Shown: piece after piece, positions 8,682 to 15,917 of the stretch
How the letters are laid out: every line of letters starts with the position of its first letter
Numbering within the stretch: the stretch's first letter is position 1
From: a virus
Virus record (IMG/VR): IMGVR_UViG_3300029319_000005
Coordinates: 32,001 to 96,000 of that record
Length of the DNA: 64,000 bases
Strand: one strand, 5' to 3'
Translations under genes and position numbers: made by a program
The notes under the pieces: generated by a model
The model's input: only the letters and a program-made list of their open reading frames with translations
The model's database searches: none
What the model was told of the DNA's origin: nothing

Positions 8682-10475
8682 TTACCCGAGTAGGTCTTCT
8701 ACAACGACAAGACCGTACATATCAGGACGTACCATCTTCTTGGCGTAACGGGTCATGACACCCTTACGTGGTACGAAATCTTCCGTACCAAAGATGGTCG
8801 GCGTGACCTGTAGCGGTACATACGGGGCATATACATAGCCACTCTCAAGGAAGCTTGATCCCTTGCGACCTACTAGAACCACGTTACGTGGGAAGTAAGG
8901 ATCGACATAAACATCAAACTTCTTGCTAAGGCTACCTACTCTTACAGCACCTGCGGTTCCTCTGTCATCATCATGCGTGACAGAAGCGCGGAATCCAGAA
9001 GTGAACTCCATGAGGTTAGCAACTTCAGGTGATACCACCACGAAGTTAGCGCCACCACGGAGAGTCTTTCTGTGGATTCTAGCGGAGACATCATTGATTG
9101 TCTCAATGAGCGTCTCGTACCACTCAGACACTGTACCCGTGAAGTCTGCACCAAGAAGTGCCTCGTTCTCGGTCGCGCCACCTGCGATGCCCGCACCAGT
9201 CTCGCGATCAACGAACTTACCAGGACGACGTGACCAGTATAGTGTACCAGCCGTCGAGCCCTTAACAAGATCTTCAAGAATCTCACGATCGATCTCTAGA
9301 GCGATGTGCTCAGAGAGAACCGAAGTAAGTTCAACCTCTGCATCAAGATTGTGATAAGCGTTGAGGTCCTGACCTAGCTCTGGAGTCCACTTGGCCTTGA
9401 GCTTCTTGGTCATCGCCGTGACACTTACGGAATCAACCTTGATGTCGATCTCAGGAATATCAACCTGATCTTCTAGTTGCCAGATTGTAGTAGCAGCAAC
9501 CGCTCCAAGAGCGAGCCCATCAGCAGCAGGTGTACCACCGAAGTTGTCGGTAATCGGGAACGAAACAGCGTCAGCCGTAGAGCCTGTCACATCTCCGAGT
9601 AGGTTGCCAGCGCCGCCACCATTATCTAGGACCTGCGAGCCGGTTGCCTCAACAAGGAACGTCGCCTTCCATCCTGCATTGCCCGGTGCATAATCCCCGA
9701 CAGAACCCGAAGAAAGCTTGGTTGTGCGTCGAACCAATTGTCCGCCACCCGGTGTGATGTTCAAAGCAATTAGGTTTTCTACGTTAAGCTGGCTTAGCGC
9801 AGTGGCTCCAGTGACCTCACAAACAACAACCACAGAACCACTAAGGTCTGGGTCATGGTTTGCCATCTTGTCCAGCGTAGCCTGATCTGCGGCACTAAGT
9901 GGGTGCGGAGTGGTACCAGCGGTATTTCCAACAGTACCAGACGCAACTACAACGTAGCCTGCTCCTGCAAACGAGGTGGAACCTGTTGGAGAAGAGAAGC
10001 CGTTATTCAAGTTGTAAAAACTATCTTCGCCACTCTCACCAGTGAGGTTAACACCGCCAGTCAACGCCTGGCCGACAACGCCACCGCCATAAATGGAGTC
10101 ACCCCGCTCATAGGAAAGCCTCTGCGTCGCATTGTCATCAGAATAGGTGAAGTCCATGAAGAAAATGAGTCCCGAAGGAAGGCTCATTGGCTGAACCGAT
10201 ACGAGATCATTAGCAATAAGTCCACCGAATACACGACGAACGATTGGGAATGCTACAGCAGCAAAACCCTCGACATCGCCTGCGCTCATTGCAGACGATT
10301 CTTTTAGTAATTGAGCAGCCTGGTTTTCAAGCAGACGTGCCATGTTGTTACGGGCGAGATCATTATCGATACCCTCTAGAAGACCGGTGTTTGACCACTT
10401 ATCAAGTAGTGCAGCACCTTCCTTCTGGACGTCACGATTAACGATGCCCTCAGTTAATGTTTCTAAAACAGACAT
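8682..10475 (-). CDS. Major capsid protein (T4 gp23-like) with large internal insertion
   Basis: VSVQPMSLPSGLIF, KLKAKWTPELGQDLNAYH, LDAEVEL..EIDREI, YAPYVPL and MTRY motifs; GGAGG SD. Confidence 0.95.
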   Translation of the reverse strand: MSVLETLTEGIVNRDVQKEGAALLDKWSNTGLLEGIDNDLARNNMARLLENQAAQLLKESSAMSAGDVEGFAAVAFPIVRRVFGGLIANDLVSVQPMSLPSGLIFFMDFTYSDDNATQRLSYERGDSIYGGGVVGQALTGGVNLTGESGEDSFYNLNNGFSSPTGSTSFAGAGYVVVASGTVGNTAGTTPHPLSAADQATLDKMANHDPDLSGSVVVVCEVTGATALSQLNVENLIALNITPGGGQLVRRTTKLSSGSVGDYAPGNAGWKATFLVEATGSQVLDNGGGAGNLLGDVTGSTADAVSFPITDNFGGTPAADGLALGAVAATTIWQLEDQVDIPEIDIKVDSVSVTAMTKKLKAKWTPELGQDLNAYHNLDAEVELTSVLSEHIALEIDREILEDLVKGSTAGTLYWSRRPGKFVDRETGAGIAGGATENEALLGADFTGTVSEWYETLIETINDVSARIHRKTLRGGANFVVVSPEVANLMEFTSGFRASVTHDDDRGTAGAVRVGSLSKKFDVYVDPYFPRNVVLVGRKGSSFLESGYVYAPYVPLQVTPTIFGTEDFVPRKGVMTRYAKKMVRPDMYGLVVVEDLLG

Positions 10476-10494
10476 TTTGTAAAATCCTCCAATA

Positions 10495-11721
10495 TTATTT
10501 TTGTTTTAGTCCTGCTAATAGTTGCCAGCGTGTTACGGCTGGATCTACTTTGCTGTTTTGTCTTTTTGTTGCATTTCTGCTAGACATAACGTGAGTAGAA
10601 GATCTATCAACGGCTTCGCTCAGTGATTTTGGCTGTTTCTTATCGGTGCTGCCCACTGCGCTCTGAAGTGTCTCAAAGATTACCTTTGCTTCTTCTACAG
10701 TATTCGCATTTGAAATAGCTTCGACAATTCTATTCTTTTGTCGCTCATTCAAGGAGTCGCTAGTTAAAACGCGATTAGTGTAAAGGAGTTTGGCATTAGC
10801 TGCGTTCACTTCCTCTACATGTTCTTTTAAGGCTGCCACTGCTGTGGTCAGCTTTGTATTATGTTCCGTAAGACCTAAAATTGTCTCTTCAAGCTCTTTC
10901 TTGGCTTCCATCAATTCATCAAGCTCTTTGACTGCGTCTTTTGAAAGCTCTTCTTGCTCTTTTACTTCATCATCTTGCATACGAGCAAGAATTTTTTCGG
11001 CAGCAAACTTTTGATCCGATTGCGGGCGACCTGCCCAGCCACTCAGTACATCATCGACGTCAACAGTAAGCTTTTCTTCTAGAGCGTCAACAATCTCCTC
11101 TAGCTGTTCCTCTGACAAATCTACCTCTTCGTCAAGATCGTCTTGGTCATCATCGTCATCTGCCTCTTCTTCAAGCTTTTCTTTTGCGTCTTCGGCGGCG
11201 TCCTTCATGGGCTCTTCTTTGTCTCCGTCCTTATCGAGATCTAAAAAGTCAGGCTTTTCGCTAGCCTCATCTATACCAAGAATGCTGTTTATACTCTCTT
11301 GGAGATCTACGTCATCAAGATCTATCTCTCCTTCATCGTCTAAAAGCTCTTCTGCTGTGTCTTCAGCGTCAATCATCTCTCCAGGGTCCACCTGCTCATC
11401 ATCCATTTGCTTTGCTAGGTCATCAAAATCCAAGACAATTACTTCTTCCTCGTCCGGGCATGGGCACATGTCCTCGCCATCCGTTGCGGCGAGAGGCACA
11501 CTATCAACAACAGAGTCTTCCTCTGCTTCCATATCATCCATTCCGGTCAGATCAGTGTCTAAATCATCTAAGTCCATCTCATCTTCTTGCTCTAGTAGAG
11601 ATTTCATGGCTTCTTTTATTTCAGCCGAATACTTTTCAACTACAGCAGCTTCAGCATTTTTTAACGCTACCTCTTTTAAAGCAGCAGCATCAATAACTGC
11701 CTGTTCCAACATAGATGACAT
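10495..11721 (-). CDS. Prohead scaffold / core protein
   Basis: Very acidic middle, coiled coil, NAKLLYTN, C-terminal RWQLLAGL and many LxE protease-type sites; immediately upstream of the capsid gene. Start at 11721 (AGGAG SD). Confidence 0.8.
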   Translation of the reverse strand: MSSMLEQAVIDAAALKEVALKNAEAAVVEKYSAEIKEAMKSLLEQEDEMDLDDLDTDLTGMDDMEAEEDSVVDSVPLAATDGEDMCPCPDEEEVIVLDFDDLAKQMDDEQVDPGEMIDAEDTAEELLDDEGEIDLDDVDLQESINSILGIDEASEKPDFLDLDKDGDKEEPMKDAAEDAKEKLEEEADDDDDQDDLDEEVDLSEEQLEEIVDALEEKLTVDVDDVLSGWAGRPQSDQKFAAEKILARMQDDEVKEQEELSKDAVKELDELMEAKKELEETILGLTEHNTKLTTAVAALKEHVEEVNAANAKLLYTNRVLTSDSLNERQKNRIVEAISNANTVEEAKVIFETLQSAVGSTDKKQPKSLSEAVDRSSTHVMSSRNATKRQNSKVDPAVTRWQLLAGLKQK

Positions 11722-11754
11722 ATTAAACACTCCTAAAATATTTTAAGTCACAAA

Positions 11755-11762
11755 TAAATAGT
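11755..11762 (-). promoter_or_regulatory. Putative late promoter ACTATTTA upstream of scaffold-capsid
   Basis: Plus strand taaatagt in the intergenic gap. Confidence 0.65.
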
Positions 11763-11800
11763 GCTTTTTTACGTAAAGTGACGTTTTTAATAGTTTTCTA

Positions 11801-12331
11801 TTAAGAGCTACCTGTCAACTCGCTAATTCCGGAACCAGTTAACTCGTACATTTCTCCTGGTTCGATAAGGGTTAATTCTGCTAATAATTGAAAACTAGCG
11901 CTATTATTTAAAGCACCATTGGCTATGTGTAACTTTCTAGTTTTAATGTCTAAAGTAATAGAATCATTCGTGTTTGGTAGCGTAATATAATGGTTTTGCC
12001 GGATTGCTCCATTTTGATTAGAGGGCGTTATGTGCGCCTCCGCGCCATCTCCAAAGTATACGTGGAGAACTCCATCACCCAATGTCGAGTTGTATTGACT
12101 GCCGGTATAATAATTCGTATTGATGATAGTTATGGTCTTAGTTACTTTTGGAAATTCAATTGTTTCAAAAGTTCCAATTGCCTGATCAGAAGCCATGCCG
12201 GAGCCCTTTATAGAGCCGTGCGACGCGGGAAGAAAAACTCCGCCGGTAAGGTACGGGTGACCGCTTACCTGGAAAGATCCAACATTCTGGATGCCCGCTT
12301 GGTAGCGCTTGAACATGTTATCATAAGCCAT
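11801..12331 (-). CDS. Putative virion structural protein (possible head decoration), 176 aa
   Basis: Beta-rich, Gly/Ser/Thr-rich with TGS/SAS motifs; located in the head cluster; AGGAG SD. Confidence 0.5.
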   Translation of the reverse strand: MAYDNMFKRYQAGIQNVGSFQVSGHPYLTGGVFLPASHGSIKGSGMASDQAIGTFETIEFPKVTKTITIINTNYYTGSQYNSTLGDGVLHVYFGDGAEAHITPSNQNGAIRQNHYITLPNTNDSITLDIKTRKLHIANGALNNSASFQLLAELTLIEPGEMYELTGSGISELTGSS

Positions 12332-12353
12332 TTTTTGCTCCTATCAATAGTAT

Positions 12354-12569
12354 TTAGTTCTTTCGTTTCTTTTCTGCTTTTCTAGCGTTATCTTTTTTGC
12401 GCTTCTTAGCGAGCCTTCTTTTCTTAGATGGTTTTGTAAAATACATTCTTTCTTTGTATTCTTCAACAACTCGCATTTTTTTTGCTTTCTTTATAAACTT
12501 TTTAATCATTCTAGTCACGTTGCCTTTGACTTCTTCTAGCGTGACCTCTACATGTATGGGACTCCCCAT
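12354..12569 (-). CDS. rpsU: Phage-encoded 30S ribosomal protein bS21
   Basis: 71 aa, highly basic; V.V....NVTRMIKKFIKK....VVEEYKERMYFTKPSKKRR matches the bS21 pattern (ALRRFKR...E.R.REFYEKP...R). Confidence 0.85.
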   Translation of the reverse strand: MGSPIHVEVTLEEVKGNVTRMIKKFIKKAKKMRVVEEYKERMYFTKPSKKRRLAKKRKKDNARKAEKKRKN

Positions 12570-12578
12570 TGTTAACTC

Positions 12579-12980
12579 CTAGATTAAATGCTTCCACTTG
12601 CCCTTGGCAAGCCCGACTATTCCATTGATATCCACGCCCTTGTCTCCTGGACTTACGCCAGCCAAAGGACCTTGTCCGTTAGACTCAGGAGCGGCAGGCT
12701 TGGTCCCTTCGAAGATATCAACACCAAACTGCTGTGAAGCGCTTTCATTTAGCCTTTTTATTCTTTCTTGTCTTTGTCTTTCATACTCTTCTTCAGCCAT
12801 CTTTTGTTTCAAATCCTGCGCTTCTGGCTGGCTGCGGCTAGACTCTGTAATCGTATTAGCTGCTAATCCTTGAGCAACTTCCTTAATAATCCCAGAAAGA
12901 ACACCCTCTTCAAAAAGGCATTCTTTAATGCACTCTTTCACTAATGGTTTTAAAATTTGTTTTAGTTCACTTTTTTTCAT
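12579..12980 (-). CDS. Hypothetical head-cluster protein with MKKSELKQIL..LVKE N-terminus
   Basis: ORF track; shared N-terminal motif; LNES/ITES sites. Confidence 0.7.
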   Translation of the reverse strand: MKKSELKQILKPLVKECIKECLFEEGVLSGIIKEVAQGLAANTITESSRSQPEAQDLKQKMAEEEYERQRQERIKRLNESASQQFGVDIFEGTKPAAPESNGQGPLAGVSPGDKGVDINGIVGLAKGKWKHLI

Positions 12981-13222
12981 TATCGATCCATGTGTCTAAA
13001 TTGGAGCGCCAGTTCTTTTACTATCTGACTAGCGGTTTGTTGCAAGAGATCCGGGTCTCCCAATGCATCTTTTAGTCGGTTATGAATGCTAGCAAGATCA
13101 TCATGTCGGACCTTCATAGCGCGGTCATACCCTGCCGCGTCGGCTTTTTTCTTACCGAACATATCAATCTCCTCTAGCTGGTTTATCTCTTCGCTTATTA
13201 TTTCATTAATAGATTCTTTCAT
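12980..13222 (-). CDS. Hypothetical head-cluster protein (80 aa)
   Basis: Translationally coupled (TAATG overlaps at both ends); N-terminus INEIISEEINQLEE. Confidence 0.65.
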   Translation of the reverse strand: MKESINEIISEEINQLEEIDMFGKKKADAAGYDRAMKVRHDDLASIHNRLKDALGDPDLLQQTASQIVKELALQFRHMDR

Positions 13223-13863
13223 TATATGTTGTCTCCCAAGATATCATCTAGAGTTTCGTTGATTATATCTTTTTTAGATTTATCTTTTTGTTCGTTTATA
13301 TATAAGTTCAAATCGGCCACTTTGGGATCGCTCATAGTGGGATTTAGGTAAGCACCGGGGGTAGAAGGTTCCGAAACAATATCGAAACAGATAAGCTGGA
13401 AATCATCCTCCACCATCGTCACTCCGTTGGATTCGCTTACAGAGCCGAGGCCTCTAGAAGAGATCCCCAGTTTTACGCCGGAATTTAATAGCGCTTTTAA
13501 AACGTTACCAGACGGGGTATCGAGAACTTCAATCTTGCCCATAACATCATCACCTTTCCACCACATTTTTGTCACTAAATGTGATGCATTTTTTAAATTG
13601 ATAACACTGTCGTCGGGGTGATCAAGCTCGCCCAATGCTCGTTTCTCACGGATCGCCTTTTGGTAAGCATCTATTTCTCTTTGCAAAGTTTCTTTTTTAT
13701 AAATTCTTCCATTGCCATTTTTTGTGCCTGCTTTCTGGCACACACCTACCAAGTACACAGATCCGTTATCCATGTTTTTAATTTCAGTTTCAGTCAATGT
13801 TTCTACGGCGCAAAGACCATCGGGACATAGCTGAAAATACTCTTGTAAAAGTTTTTTTGCCAT
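13222..13863 (-). CDS. Prohead core protease (T4 gp21-like)
   Basis: KNGNGRIY, ALGELDHP, SHL, LDTPSG, GISSRGLGS and FDIVSEPSTPGA motifs. Confidence 0.95.
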   Translation of the reverse strand: MAKKLLQEYFQLCPDGLCAVETLTETEIKNMDNGSVYLVGVCQKAGTKNGNGRIYKKETLQREIDAYQKAIREKRALGELDHPDDSVINLKNASHLVTKMWWKGDDVMGKIEVLDTPSGNVLKALLNSGVKLGISSRGLGSVSESNGVTMVEDDFQLICFDIVSEPSTPGAYLNPTMSDPKVADLNLYINEQKDKSKKDIINETLDDILGDNI

Positions 13864-13865
13864 AG

Positions 13866-13916
13866 CTATGATCCTTTACAACATCGCCTTACGTCCGGAA
13901 TATTCCTTCTTCTCAT
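13866..13916 (-). CDS. Micro-ORF, 16 aa: MRRRNIPDVRRCCKGS
   Basis: Below the ORF-track cutoff. The ATG overlaps the upstream TGA (ATGA), AAGGAG lies 5 nt upstream, and the stop ends 2 nt before the protease ATG, filling the gap. Confidence 0.6.
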   Translation of the reverse strand: MRRRNIPDVRRCCKGS

Positions 13917-14218
13917 GGCTGCTCCTTCATTCTTTTAGTAATTTCGGCGTGTATTCTAGCGCCAGGGCCTTGCCCAAAAACTTTTCTAAATGCCTCTAGT
14001 CTAACTTGAGGACTTACTTTGTCAGAAGCCAGTATCGCACTCAGTGCTTCAATGTAATCTTCCACTGGCATTCTTCCGCCGGTAGACGCTCCTCTTTTTA
14101 TCTGCTTTAATTGTGAGCTATCTGGCTTCTCTTCCTCGCCCTCTGCTGCCTCCGGGTCTAGGAGATTTTGTACCTGTTCCAAAATAAATTTTTTAAGATT
14201 TTCTTCTGTTAATTTCAT
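13913..14218 (-). CDS. Hypothetical head-cluster protein with MKLTEENLKKFILE N-terminus
   Basis: ORF track; ATGA coupling to both neighbours. Confidence 0.7.
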   Translation of the reverse strand: MKLTEENLKKFILEQVQNLLDPEAAEGEEEKPDSSQLKQIKRGASTGGRMPVEDYIEALSAILASDKVSPQVRLEAFRKVFGQGPGARIHAEITKRMKEQP

Positions 14219-14517
14219 CGTAGTCTATTTTCCAATTTTAAACCACTGTCTCCAAAAACCATATTAAGGATGTAAGAAGTTCCAGAACTCAAGCATCCAA
14301 GCAGCAGTATATTCACAAAATTATATTCAAAACTAAATAGTTCCGTATACTTGTTAATACCGAAAAGAAAAGCGCCAACCCAAAACCCCATACACATGGG
14401 ACATTTAAATAGTTCTCCCATTTTTCCATTTTGTGGCCTTATTAAATTAAATATACTTCCGTAGACAAGTATTTGTGTCATGCCATAGGCACAAAGAATG
14501 AAAATTAGAATATCCAT
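14215..14517 (-). CDS. Small membrane protein with CxxC motif (DUF1360-like)
   Basis: Three hydrophobic segments and LFKCPMCMGFWVG. Start reassigned to ATG 14517 (GCGGAG SD). Confidence 0.65.
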   Translation of the reverse strand: MDILIFILCAYGMTQILVYGSIFNLIRPQNGKMGELFKCPMCMGFWVGAFLFGINKYTELFSFEYNFVNILLLGCLSSGTSYILNMVFGDSGLKLENRLR

Positions 14518-14527
14518 AAAACTCCGC

Positions 14528-15097
14528 CTAATATACGTAATTGGTATACAGACCGTATGGGCGTAGCTCTGGCCGTACCGAACCCTTCTTAGTTGAGTGG
14601 CGTCTTGGGTCAAACTCGCTCGACTCCTCTGGTGTCGGGTCTGTCATTCTCTCTTCGTAGGCTTCCTCTATGTCGTCCTCAAATTCTAGGTAAGGGCGCT
14701 CTTCTTCTATAAAATTTGCAATTGTAAAAAGAGCAAGCTGCGTAGTATTGTAATCTTTTGTTTCTTCAAGCTTTGCTTCTAAAGAGGAATAAACATTTCC
14801 CCCTTGGACAGAATCTCTTTGCACGATTCCTTTGTCAGTCAGATACTTGAACAATCTGTCTGCGGAATGATAAGACTCGTCTGTATACGACTCCTTGGCA
14901 AAAGACACAACCTTGTTTTTGTCAGGCATTACTACAATGTCAATGTCTCGGTGATCAAAAATAATTAAATCTCCACCAAGAGTCTTTCTTACTTTTAACT
15001 CTCTAGTCGCAACAACAGGCTTCTTTTCCTGTTGCACCGGCATCTCCGGAGAAGCCAAAAGGCCCACATCTCTGTTTATAGTAATATTAATTGACAT
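14528..15097 (-). CDS. Hypothetical protein (189 aa)
   Basis: ORF track; coupled between head genes. Confidence 0.7.
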   Translation of the reverse strand: MSINITINRDVGLLASPEMPVQQEKKPVVATRELKVRKTLGGDLIIFDHRDIDIVVMPDKNKVVSFAKESYTDESYHSADRLFKYLTDKGIVQRDSVQGGNVYSSLEAKLEETKDYNTTQLALFTIANFIEEERPYLEFEDDIEEAYEERMTDPTPEESSEFDPRRHSTKKGSVRPELRPYGLYTNYVY

Positions 15098-15917
15098 CTT
15101 TCTGTAGCTCTCTAACCAATTTTTGTATTTTTAATATCTTTTCTACCGATTTCTCATCGATCTTTTTTTCTCTAAAAGACTCAACAAATTCTAGCACACG
15201 CTCTGTCTTATCTAGCATCTCAGGGCTAGTCTCTATTTCTTCTAGGTCCCTAGCGTTCTTTATTTCTTCCTTTAGTCTACCAAGCTCTTCATTTAAAAAT
15301 ATTTTAAATTCAATCCCATTGTCAACGAACGAAGTAATGTAATTACTTAATAAACTCCGCTGCTCCTCAAAGAGCTTTTCAGAGTACTCAGAATTAAATT
15401 TATTAATAAAGTTTTTAAGAACTAAAGTGTCCGAAGGTAGTTTATTTGTAACTGTCTTCGCTCTATCCACTATTCCTTCTAGCAGACTGTTTTCCAACAA
15501 GACTCTGTTTTTTGGAGACATCTCTTGATTAAAGATCTGGTATGCAGAGGCAAGGCTTTTATAATTTGGAACAAAATTAGAAAACACATCCTTTGACAAT
15601 ATTTTATTAATCTTGTTTATAACCCTACTCTGTTCTTTAAATATTTCTTCTTTATCCAAAAAGCTATACTGTCTTTTTGTTTCTTGCAATACCTTTTCAG
15701 CGGTTCCCATAGAGTCAAAAGAATCTTCTTCAACTAATGACTGGTATAGCTTTAATTCCCTTCCTAAGACAGAATCAGACTTAAAATGTTCTTTTATAAT
15801 AGCAGCAATTTTCTTTTTCTTGCCAGTGTTCTTCTTCATCACGCTCTTAGTCATCTCTTTTACTAAAGCTTCAAAAATAAATGCAGTATTTCTTTTCTTA
15901 TTATGTCTCAATTTCAT
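15087..15917 (-). CDS. Hypothetical helical protein downstream of portal (possible prohead core component)
   Basis: 276 aa, Lys/Glu-rich and helical; ATGA overlap with the portal gene. Confidence 0.65.
   Translation of the reverse strand: MKLRHNKKRNTAFIFEALVKEMTKSVMKKNTGKKKKIAAIIKEHFKSDSVLGRELKLYQSLVEEDSFDSMGTAEKVLQETKRQYSFLDKEEIFKEQSRVINKINKILSKDVFSNFVPNYKSLASAYQIFNQEMSPKNRVLLENSLLEGIVDRAKTVTNKLPSDTLVLKNFINKFNSEYSEKLFEEQRSLLSNYITSFVDNGIEFKIFLNEELGRLKEEIKNARDLEEIETSPEMLDKTERVLEFVESFREKKIDEKSVEKILKIQKLVRELQKDVN

Noticed and set aside
11200-11250. EF-hand-like DFLDLDKDGDKEE in the scaffold
   Set aside because: A single DxDxDG loop in a highly acidic region is not enough to call calcium binding without conservation data.
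14334-14413. Two ACTATTTA copies inside the membrane CxxC gene
   Set aside because: Both encode E-L-F and lie more than 100 nt from the next start, so they cannot be separated from coding coincidence.
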